Shown here piece by piece: positions 9,456 to 17,540 of a stretch of 34,038 bases of DNA. This stretch comes from a virus (taxonomy: Duplodnaviria; Caudoviricetes). A model generated the notes under the pieces. The model was not told the DNA's origin, ran no database searches, and saw nothing but the letters and a program-made list of their open reading frames with translations. Position 1 is the stretch's first letter; every line of letters starts with the position of its first letter. The stretch spans positions 1 to 34,038 of the IMG/VR virus record IMGVR_UViG_3300032312_000083. One strand, 5' to 3'. Position numbers and translations under genes: made by a program.

Positions 9456-10241
9456 ATGGACGAAACAGTCCCCAACGTAGCGGATGCCTCCGCGCCAGAA
9501 CTCGAAGCCACGGCAGCAATCGAGCCTGTAGAAAACACGACGCCGGAAACGCCTGCTGAACAGGAAGCAAATAAGTCCTTCACACAAGAAGAACTTGACG
9601 CAATTGTTGGCAAGCGCCTCGCAAGAGAACAGCGCAAATGGGAGCGCGAACAGGCTCAAAGAGCAGAGGAAGTCCAAGCCCGCCAACAGCAGGCATACGA
9701 CATTACCCCTGATCAATTTGAGACATATGAAGATTACGCAGAGGTTTTGGCCGAACGTAAAGCTGAAGAATTGCTTGCAAGGCGGGAAACCGCAAGGCAG
9801 CAATCTGAAATGCAGGATGCCTACCATGATTTAGAAGAGGTGGCGCGGGACAAATATGATGACTTTGACCAAGTCGCATACAACCCCAACCTTCCGATTA
9901 CTGATTTCATGGCGCAAAGTATCCAAGCGTCAGACGCAGGCCCAGACGTTCTATATTATCTCGGTGCTAATCCGAAAGAAGCTGATCGTATCGCCCGCCT
10001 AGCGCCAATTTTGCAGGCAAAAGAAATTGGAAAACTTGAGGCTTCATTGTCCTCAAATCCGCCGGTTAAAAGAACTTCAAACGCCCCGGCTCCGATTGCG
10101 CCTGTCACTGCCCGTTCTACTGGGTCAAACCAGTACGACACAACTGATCCTCGCTCGACTAAGTCAATGACTACGTCGGAATGGATTGAAGCGGAACGGC
10201 TGCGGCAGATCAAGAAGTACGAGGCACAACGCAACAGATAA
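9456..10241 (+). CDS. Scaffolding protein
   Basis: Acidic coiled-coil protein directly upstream of the coat gene; FTQEELDAIVGKRLARE, GPDVLYYLGANP, KEIGKLEA. Confidence 0.85.
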   Translation: MDETVPNVADASAPELEATAAIEPVENTTPETPAEQEANKSFTQEELDAIVGKRLAREQRKWEREQAQRAEEVQARQQQAYDITPDQFETYEDYAEVLAERKAEELLARRETARQQSEMQDAYHDLEEVARDKYDDFDQVAYNPNLPITDFMAQSIQASDAGPDVLYYLGANPKEADRIARLAPILQAKEIGKLEASLSSNPPVKRTSNAPAPIAPVTARSTGSNQYDTTDPRSTKSMTTSEWIEAERLRQIKKYEAQRNR

Positions 10242-10256
10242 TTTGGGATTATTACC

Positions 10257-11465
10257 ATGTCTAACTCGATTTTAACAATTGATATGATCACGCGGAAGGC
10301 TCTAGAAATTCTAGAGAACAACCTCGTGCTTACACGTAACGTAAACCGCCAGTACGACGATAGCTTTGCTGTCGAAGGTGCTAAAATTGGCTCAACCCTG
10401 CGTATCCGTCTTCCAGACCGCGCGCTTGTAACTGACGGCGCAGCCCTTCAGGTGCAGGATGACAACGAGCAGTTCACAACACTGCAAGTTTCCACCCAGA
10501 AGCACATCGGCGTCAACTTCACGACTGCTGAATTGACGATGCAGCTTGACGATTTCGCAGAGCGCGTTCTTAAGCCACGTATCTCGCAGCTTGCTGCCAG
10601 CATCGACGCTGACGTTGCTAACTCGTTCTTGACCATCGGTAACACGGTCGGCACGCCCGGCACAACTCCCGGTACTTCGGCAGTCCTTCTTGCTGCACAG
10701 CAGAAGCTGAACGAAAACGCTGCGGTGATGTCGCCACGCTATGCCACTGTTAACCCAGCCGCTAACGCTGGTTTGGTCGAAGGTCTGAAGGGTCTATTCA
10801 ACCCAACCGACACCATCAGCAAGCAGTTCAAGAACGGCATGATGGGTACAGGTGTACTTGGCTACGACGAAATCAATATGTCGCAGTCAATTAAGCAGTT
10901 CACCACTGGTTCGCGTACTGCAACCGGCGGCACAACTTCGGCGGCAATTACCGCTGAAGGCGCAACAACCATCGCCATTACTGGCGCAGGCGCAAACGCT
11001 ACTGTTAAGGCAGGCGACGTTTTCACTGTAGCTGACTGCTTCCAAGTTAACCCACAAACCCGTGAAAGCACAGGTTCGTTGTTCCAGTTCGTTGTTCTTG
11101 CTGATGTCACACTCAGCGGCGCAGGCGCTGGTAACTTAACTGTTGCACCGATCTACTCGGCTGCACAGGCACTTGCCACTGTCAACACGCTGCCCGGTAA
11201 CGCCAAGGCAATCATCTTTGTTGGTACGGCTTCTACGCAATACGCGCAGAACCTTGTATACCACAAGGACGCTATCACCTTCGCAACCGCCGACCTTCTG
11301 CTCCCACAGGGCGTAGATATGGCTTCGCGTCAGGTGCATAACGGCATCAGCTTGCGCGTTGTTCGTCAGTACGACATCAACAACGACCGTCTGCCTTGCC
11401 GTATTGACGTTCTGTACGGTTACAGCACAATCCGTCCGCAGATGGCTGTCCGGATGTGGGGTTAA
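10257..11465 (+). CDS. Major capsid protein, P22 coat family
   Basis: MSNSILTIDMITRKALEILENNL, GAKIGSTLRIRLP, CRIDVLYGYSTIRP. Confidence 0.95.
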   Translation: MSNSILTIDMITRKALEILENNLVLTRNVNRQYDDSFAVEGAKIGSTLRIRLPDRALVTDGAALQVQDDNEQFTTLQVSTQKHIGVNFTTAELTMQLDDFAERVLKPRISQLAASIDADVANSFLTIGNTVGTPGTTPGTSAVLLAAQQKLNENAAVMSPRYATVNPAANAGLVEGLKGLFNPTDTISKQFKNGMMGTGVLGYDEINMSQSIKQFTTGSRTATGGTTSAAITAEGATTIAITGAGANATVKAGDVFTVADCFQVNPQTRESTGSLFQFVVLADVTLSGAGAGNLTVAPIYSAAQALATVNTLPGNAKAIIFVGTASTQYAQNLVYHKDAITFATADLLLPQGVDMASRQVHNGISLRVVRQYDINNDRLPCRIDVLYGYSTIRPQMAVRMWG

Positions 11466-11474
11466 TCTAATACC

Positions 11475-11496
11475 GGCCCTCGGTTCGCCGGGGGCC
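11475..11496 (+). terminator. UUCG-capped hairpin after the coat gene (stabiliser or weak terminator)
   Basis: GGCCCTCGG-TTCG-CCGGGGGCC; no immediate U-tract. Confidence 0.5.
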
Positions 11497-11519
11497 AACT
11501 ATTTTAAAGGATTTTTACT

Positions 11520-11918
11520 ATGCCTACTTTACCTAACGGCGCTGGCGGTTACCAAGTTGGTGACGGCAATCTCGGCGAAATCACTTTTGGTGTTTCATCT
11601 ATCCCGACTGCACTTACCGCAGCAGCTACACTAACCACTGCCGAATTGGCTGGTGGCCTTGTTGTCTACACTTCGTCCAGCACGGCAGACCTTACGCTTC
11701 CAACGGTTGCACTTGTCAACGCCGACTTCAGCAGTGCAAAAGTCTACTCGTCTTTTGACATTTCTTTGGTCGCTACCAGCACCGGCGTTCCTACTATCTT
11801 AGTAGGCACCGGCTGGACCTTGGTTGGTTCAGGCGCAGGCGTTGCTTCTAAGAGCGTATTGTTCCGCGCTGTTAAAACTGGCGAAACAACGTACAACTTG
11901 TACCGCATCGCTGGCTAA
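11520..11918 (+). CDS. Hypothetical virion (possible capsid decoration) protein
   Basis: SD AAAGGA; rich in A/T/G/V; immediately after the coat gene. Confidence 0.65.
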   Translation: MPTLPNGAGGYQVGDGNLGEITFGVSSIPTALTAAATLTTAELAGGLVVYTSSSTADLTLPTVALVNADFSSAKVYSSFDISLVATSTGVPTILVGTGWTLVGSGAGVASKSVLFRAVKTGETTYNLYRIAG

Positions 11919-11924
11919 TAGGTT

Positions 11925-11953
11925 TGCCCCGGCTACGGTCGGGGCATCCTTTT
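11925..11953 (+). terminator. UACG-capped hairpin, possible partial terminator
   Basis: TGCCCCGGC-TACG-GTCGGGGCA followed by TCCTTTT. Confidence 0.55.
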
Positions 11954-11966
11954 CAGGAGAAAATCA

Positions 11967-12383
11967 ATGCCTAATACAAAACCTATTGGTGTTGCATACC
12001 TCGATCAAGACATTATTGGCGCACAATATCTCTTGAGCGAGGAGCAATTCGGCTACACCGCCGCAGCACAAGGCACGGTTACGCAAGCTACCAGCAAGTC
12101 AACTGCTGTTACGCTGAACAAGTCTGCTGGCCGCATCACGATGAACAACGCAGCGTTGGCGGGCAACACCGCCGTTACTTTTAACTTGAACAACAGCTTA
12201 ATTTCGGCCAACGACATTTTGATTTTGAACGTGTCGGCGGGTTCTGTAGCTGACGCAACGACGTACACCACGTACACTAGTTCACTGGGTGCGGGCGTCG
12301 CAGCCATCACTTTGCGAAACCTGACGGGTACATCGCAAAGCGAAGCAGTAGTGATTAACTTTGCAATCATTCATTGCGTATAA
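11967..12383 (+). CDS. Hypothetical virion (possible decoration or head fibre) protein
   Basis: SD AGGAG; GTVTQATSKSTAVTLNKSAGRITMNNAAL motif. Confidence 0.7.
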   Translation: MPNTKPIGVAYLDQDIIGAQYLLSEEQFGYTAAAQGTVTQATSKSTAVTLNKSAGRITMNNAALAGNTAVTFNLNNSLISANDILILNVSAGSVADATTYTTYTSSLGAGVAAITLRNLTGTSQSEAVVINFAIIHCV

Positions 12384-12389
12384 CTAATT

Positions 12390-12416
12390 TGGACGGCTTT
12401 CGGGCCGTCCATTTTT
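12390..12416 (+). terminator. Rho-independent terminator
   Basis: TGGACGGCT-TTCG-GGCCGTCCA followed by TTTTT. Confidence 0.8.
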
Positions 12417-12438
12417 AAATTTTTTCAGAGGTAAAGCG

Positions 12439-13149
12439 ATGGAAACTGCTGGAGACATAATTAACGGTTCGCTTAGATTGCTAGGCGTTCTGGCAGAAGG
12501 CGAAACTCCATCGGCTGAAACGTCGCAGGACGCGCTGCTTGCCATGAACCAGATGATTGATAGCTGGAACACAGAGCGGCTGTCCGTCTTCTCAACGCAA
12601 GACCAAGTCTTCACATGGCCTTCTGGCATCCTTAGCCGCACGCTTGGGCCAACCGGTGATTTCGTCGGCAACCGACCTATTTTGCTAGATACTGCAACGT
12701 ACTTTGTCGATCCCGGCTCAGGCGTTAGCTACGGCATTAAAATGATTAACCAGCAGCAGTACGATGGTATTGCTGTCAAGAATGTAACGTCTACATTCCC
12801 GCAGGTTATCTTTACCAACATGACGTACCCTGACATTGAAATGTTCATCTACCCGCGTCCTACGCGGCCCTTGACATGGCATTTTATTTCGGTTGAAGAA
12901 CTGACACAGCCTGCAACGCTTGACACAGTACTTTCGTTCCCGCCCGGCTATCTGCGTGCGTTCCGCTATAACTTAGCGTGCGAACTAGCGCCTGAGTTTG
13001 GCGTTGAGCCGTCACCACAAGTTCAGCGTTTAGCTATGTATTCTAAGCGCAACCTGAAGCGCATCAACAACCCGAACGACATTATGGCTATGCCATACAG
13101 CATTGTAGCAACCCGCCAGCGGTATAACATCTTTGCGGGTAACTACTAA
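12439..13149 (+). CDS. Head-to-tail adaptor (P22 gp4-like)
   Basis: TAGDIINGSLRLLGVLAEGE...DALLAMNQMIDSW and PPGYLRAFRYNLACELAPEFG; position after the head genes. Confidence 0.8.
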   Translation: METAGDIINGSLRLLGVLAEGETPSAETSQDALLAMNQMIDSWNTERLSVFSTQDQVFTWPSGILSRTLGPTGDFVGNRPILLDTATYFVDPGSGVSYGIKMINQQQYDGIAVKNVTSTFPQVIFTNMTYPDIEMFIYPRPTRPLTWHFISVEELTQPATLDTVLSFPPGYLRAFRYNLACELAPEFGVEPSPQVQRLAMYSKRNLKRINNPNDIMAMPYSIVATRQRYNIFAGNY

Positions 13150-14681
13150 TGAAGACGCCCATACTCGGCAGCGCGTATGTGACCCGTTCAATAAATGCTG
13201 CCAACGCACGCATGGTAAACTTGTTTCCGGAAGCTGTGCCAGAAGGCGGCATAGAGCCGGCGTTTATCCAGCGTTGCCCCGGCTTGCAGCTTCAACAGGT
13301 TGTCGGCGAAGGTCCGATCCGCGGACTGTGGGCGCACCAGACGCGCGGCGATGACTTTTACGTTGTGTCTGGCTTTGAAGTTTACAAGCTGTCAAGCCTT
13401 ACTGGGGTACCTGTTAAGCTGGGCGACGTAACCGGCACTGGCCCTGTATCCATCGCCGACAACGGCACACAGATATTCTTTGCCTGCAATCCTGACGCGT
13501 TTATTTATGACGAGTCCACCAACACGTTTGGGCAGATCACTGACCCTGACTTTCCGGGCGCGGTCACTGTCGGCTATCTCGACGGTTATTTTGTGTTTAA
13601 CGAGCCTAATAGCCAGAAACTTTGGGTGACGCAGCTTTTTGATGGTTTCCAGATTGACCCGCTAGAGTTTGCCAGCGCCGAAGGTAGCCCTGACGGCGTC
13701 GTTGGCATATTAGTAGACCACCGCGAATGTTGGGTGTTTGGTACTGACTCGACCGAAGTGTGGTACAACTCTGGCGGGCTAGACTTTCCGCTATCGCCAA
13801 TCCAAGGCGCGTTCAACGAAATCGGTTGCGCTGCGCCATACTCCATCGCCAAGATGGACAACACTGTGTTCTGGCTGGGCGCTGACGCGCGCGGCCAAGG
13901 CGTCATTTACAGGGCTGCGGGCTATAGCGCACAGCGCATATCGACGCACGCAATTGAATGGCAAATCCAAAACTACCTAAATATGAGCGACGCTGTGGGC
14001 TACACCTACCAGCAGGACGGCCATGCGTTCTATGTCTTGTCATTTCCGTCCGCGGATGAAACTTGGGTGTTCGACGCTGCCACTGGCGCGTGGCATCAGC
14101 GGTCATCTTATTCCGCTATTGCGCCGGGTGAAGGCGCGTTTGAAGCCGAATCGTTTTATTCAAGTGCGTTCTACGTTGTGCAACCGCTCACACCTTCCGG
14201 CGTCAGCGGTAGGTTCTCACGTCACCGCAGCAACTGCCAGTGTAACTTCCAAGGCAATATCGTTGTTGGTGATTACGTTAACGGCAACATTTACACGTTT
14301 GAACTAAACGTTTTTGAAGACAACGGAATAGCGCAGCGTTGGCTACGGTCATGGCGCGCGCTACCAACAGGCCAAAACAATCTCAAGCGTACAGCAAACC
14401 ACTCTTTGCAGCTTGAGTGCGAAACAGGCGTTGGCCTGAACGACGGCCAAGGAAGCGATCCGCAAGCTATGCTTCGCTGGTCCGACGATGGCGGCCATAC
14501 ATGGTCCAACGAACATTGGGCGTCCATGGGCAAGATTGGCGCAACTGGTACCCGCGTCATGTGGCGCCGACTTGGCATGACGCAAAAGCTGCGCGACCGC
14601 GTGTACGAAGTGTCTGGCAGTGATCCTGTCCGCATCTATCTTACCGGCGCTGAACTGATGTTGAGCGGCACAAATGCCTAA
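13149..14681 (+). CDS. Tail hub / packaged-DNA stabilisation protein (P22 gp10-like)
   Basis: 510-aa beta-propeller-like protein; FASAEGSPD, LRWSDDGGHTWSNE, WRRLG. Confidence 0.88.
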   Translation: MKTPILGSAYVTRSINAANARMVNLFPEAVPEGGIEPAFIQRCPGLQLQQVVGEGPIRGLWAHQTRGDDFYVVSGFEVYKLSSLTGVPVKLGDVTGTGPVSIADNGTQIFFACNPDAFIYDESTNTFGQITDPDFPGAVTVGYLDGYFVFNEPNSQKLWVTQLFDGFQIDPLEFASAEGSPDGVVGILVDHRECWVFGTDSTEVWYNSGGLDFPLSPIQGAFNEIGCAAPYSIAKMDNTVFWLGADARGQGVIYRAAGYSAQRISTHAIEWQIQNYLNMSDAVGYTYQQDGHAFYVLSFPSADETWVFDAATGAWHQRSSYSAIAPGEGAFEAESFYSSAFYVVQPLTPSGVSGRFSRHRSNCQCNFQGNIVVGDYVNGNIYTFELNVFEDNGIAQRWLRSWRALPTGQNNLKRTANHSLQLECETGVGLNDGQGSDPQAMLRWSDDGGHTWSNEHWASMGKIGATGTRVMWRRLGMTQKLRDRVYEVSGSDPVRIYLTGAELMLSGTNA

Positions 14682-15321
14682 CGACCAACTTACCCGCATC
14701 CCCGCGTCGCGCGTGCCGATTACTGATGTATCAGACGGCACGGTGACGCGTGAGTGGTACAGGTATCTGTTTAACATCTTTACGCTGATGGGCGGCGGGC
14801 AGTCTAACTCGGCTGCAAGTTCGTCTTTTGGGCAAGACTTGGCCCCGCTGTACACACCGCAGAACGTAGTTAAGCGTAACGGCGCGTTCTTTGATACAAC
14901 CACGCAAACAGCAGCCGTCATCAACACAGCGTATCCAATTACGCTTAACTCTACATCTGCGACACAAGGCGTCTACATCGGCGGAACTACATCGCAAGTG
15001 TTTGTGGATCGGGTAGGCAGCTATAACTTTCAGTTTTCTATCCAACTTAGCAAAACGACTGCCGGTGCAGGCAACGTCTTTATCTGGTACAGAGTAAACG
15101 GCGTTAACGCGGCAAGTTCTGCATCCAGCGTAACATTGGCCGGAAGCGGTTCAACAGTTGTCGCCGCATGGAACTTTGTGGTAAAGCTAAACGCAGGAGA
15201 TTATTTTGAACTGGTTTGGTCTACTGATAACACAGGTTGCCAAATTCTTGCAGCGGCGGCGAGCGCCCCTGTACCCGCAATTCCGTCCGTCATATTGACG
15301 GTTACGGACAACATTAACTAA
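14674..15321 (+). CDS. Tail-associated protein (at the needle-gene position)
   Basis: N-terminal TREWYRYLFN followed by a beta-sandwich-like domain; follows the gp10-like gene. Confidence 0.6.
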   Translation: MPNDQLTRIPASRVPITDVSDGTVTREWYRYLFNIFTLMGGGQSNSAASSSFGQDLAPLYTPQNVVKRNGAFFDTTTQTAAVINTAYPITLNSTSATQGVYIGGTTSQVFVDRVGSYNFQFSIQLSKTTAGAGNVFIWYRVNGVNAASSASSVTLAGSGSTVVAAWNFVVKLNAGDYFELVWSTDNTGCQILAAAASAPVPAIPSVILTVTDNIN

Positions 15322-15330
15322 GGTTTAGAT

Positions 15331-16122
15331 ATGACTGTTCTTGCTCAACAACCTAAAGCACAATTCTTCGATGCTAACGGTAGCCCGTTGGTCGGCGGCA
15401 AGGTCTATACCTATGCAGCCGGTACAACAACGCCGTTGGCTACATATACGGATGCGTCGGGGGCTACACCTAACACCAACCCAGTTATTTTGGACTCTCG
15501 CGGCGAATGTAACCTGTGGTTCTCTACAGCTACTAGCTACAAGGTAGTCTTGGAAAGCGCGACTAACGTGCTGCAATGGTCCGTTGATAACATTGCAACC
15601 TACGGCACCATCACCAGCCAGAACTCCAACAACGTGGCGATCACTGGCGGCACAATCAGCGGCGTCACAATCACAACGTCTACCATCACCGGCGACATAT
15701 CCGGCAACGCTGGCACTGTGACCAACGGCGTCTATCTGACAGCAACGCAGACGCTGACAAACAAGACCATCACAGGTCTGGCTTCGGCGTCAACGGTTAA
15801 CGACAGCCTTGGTACAGGATTCACTATCGGCTACCGCAGCGTCCCGCAAAGCCTCAACACTACTGCTGCCGCTTCCGACATCGGAAAGCATCTGTTTGTT
15901 TCCGCAACCACCACGGTCCCATCGGGCGTGTTTGTGGCCGGTAACGAGTTTCTTGTGGTCAACAGCAGTGCAAGCCCCATAACGCTCACACAAGGCGCTG
16001 GAACGACGCTGCGGCTTGGCGGCACTGCAACCACCGGCAGCCGCACCATCGCAGCTTACGGCGTCGCTAACGTGCTGTGCGTCGGCACTGAAACATTCTA
16101 CGTCACCGGCAACGTAACCTGA
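15331..16122 (+). CDS. Tail fibre/spike with N-terminal virion-binding domain
   Basis: QFFDANGSPLVGGKVYTYAAGTTTPLATYTD...NPVILDSRGE; NNVAITGGTI and TQTLTNKT fibre motifs. Confidence 0.8.
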   Translation: MTVLAQQPKAQFFDANGSPLVGGKVYTYAAGTTTPLATYTDASGATPNTNPVILDSRGECNLWFSTATSYKVVLESATNVLQWSVDNIATYGTITSQNSNNVAITGGTISGVTITTSTITGDISGNAGTVTNGVYLTATQTLTNKTITGLASASTVNDSLGTGFTIGYRSVPQSLNTTAAASDIGKHLFVSATTTVPSGVFVAGNEFLVVNSSASPITLTQGAGTTLRLGGTATTGSRTIAAYGVANVLCVGTETFYVTGNVT

Positions 16123-16133
16123 TAGGATAGGCC

Positions 16134-16472
16134 ATGCCAATTATTGCAGCAAACATCATCCCCGCCAAGAATATGGAAAACGCCCAGACAGTGCAGTATG
16201 CGGCGCCAAGCGGCACCACGACTATCATTGACAAGTTCACGGCTACCAACTTCAGTAGTGGCATGGTCAATGTAAGCGTCAACTTGGGAGCGGTTAGCGA
16301 AGCCACGGGCAACAGCAACCTGATCGTCAAGACGCGGACGCTGCAACCCGGCGAGACTTACACCTTTCCAGAGATCGTAGGCCACACCCTGCCGTCCGGC
16401 GGGTTTGTATCGACGCTTGCGTCAGCGGCAGCGGCAGTCAATCTGCGCGCGTCCGGACGCGAGATTAGTTAA
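16134..16472 (+). CDS. Hypothetical virion protein
   Basis: SD AGGA; TIIDKFTATN...GETYTFPEIVG; TAATG-coupled to the next gene. Confidence 0.7.
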   Translation: MPIIAANIIPAKNMENAQTVQYAAPSGTTTIIDKFTATNFSSGMVNVSVNLGAVSEATGNSNLIVKTRTLQPGETYTFPEIVGHTLPSGGFVSTLASAAAAVNLRASGREIS

Positions 16473-17539
16473 TGCCGCCCTTCGTCGTATTCTCTTTACC
16501 TAGGTCGCGGTCAGCTTGGCTGTCTCAGTTTCTGACTTACGGTGAATGGGTGTGCGGCCATGAAGAGTTACGGCATATGCGTAGCATTGACGATGTGCAG
16601 GCATGGTTTTCGCAGCCTAACATTGGCACGGCAGAAACTGCCGGCGCGCCTTGGTGGCGGTTGCTAGACAAGTTTGCGCCCAACGCCCGCGTTCTGGTTG
16701 TACGCCGTCCGCGTGACGAAGTTGCCGAAAGTCTGATGAAGATAGCCGGCACGCAGATTGACCGCGCTAAACTTGACGCGCTGCTGTTAAAACTGGACCG
16801 TAGCCTAGACCAGATTGAGGCGCGGTTACCTAACGTCTTGTCCGTATCGTTTGACAGCTTGAACGATGAAGACACTTGCGCGGCAGTGTTTGAGCATTGC
16901 CTACAGCAGCCGCATGACAGTGATCATTACGCGCGTCTAGCCCCTGTGAACATCCAAATTAATTTGCCTGCAATGATACGCCACTACGACGCATACGCAC
17001 CAGCAATGGAAAAGCTGGCGTCGGTTGCCAAGCACCAGACAATAACGGCAATGGCACCAAAAGTTAATGAACCGCCCGAAGGCGTTACCTTTCAGACAGA
17101 AGACTTTGATAGCTGGGTACGCGACGCCGACAGTCTGTTTGACGAACATCTTATTCAGGTAGGCGAAACACCGGGCAACTGGCAGAATAAAAACTTGCCG
17201 CTCATGCGCGCGCTGGATGATGTTGGCGCTATGCAGATAATGACTGCGCGGTGTAATGGCCGTATGTTTGGTTATCTGATGACGTTAATATCGCCGTCGT
17301 TGACTTCGCCTGACATTTTGTCCGCAACAAACACTACATTCTTTGCGTCGCCAGAGTTCCCCGGTTTAGGGTTGAAGCTGCAACGCGAAGCAATTAAAGA
17401 GTTAAAAAATAAAGGTGTTGACGAAGTCTTTTTTGAGGCAGGTAAAAGGGGTTCTGGTCCCCGTATTTCTATGCTATATAAGCGTCTAGGCGCGCAAGAT
17501 CACGGTAGTGCATACCGTTTGCAACTGAAGGAAGCGTAA
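16472..17539 (+). CDS. Fusion of a sulfotransferase-like P-loop domain and a GNAT-like acyltransferase domain
   Basis: N-terminal FVVFSLPRSRSAWL...CGHE and VLVVRRPRDEVAESL; C-terminal TARCNGRMFGY...FFASPEFPGLGLKL...LYKRLG. Confidence 0.65.
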   Translation: MPPFVVFSLPRSRSAWLSQFLTYGEWVCGHEELRHMRSIDDVQAWFSQPNIGTAETAGAPWWRLLDKFAPNARVLVVRRPRDEVAESLMKIAGTQIDRAKLDALLLKLDRSLDQIEARLPNVLSVSFDSLNDEDTCAAVFEHCLQQPHDSDHYARLAPVNIQINLPAMIRHYDAYAPAMEKLASVAKHQTITAMAPKVNEPPEGVTFQTEDFDSWVRDADSLFDEHLIQVGETPGNWQNKNLPLMRALDDVGAMQIMTARCNGRMFGYLMTLISPSLTSPDILSATNTTFFASPEFPGLGLKLQREAIKELKNKGVDEVFFEAGKRGSGPRISMLYKRLGAQDHGSAYRLQLKEA

Positions 17540-17540
17540 A

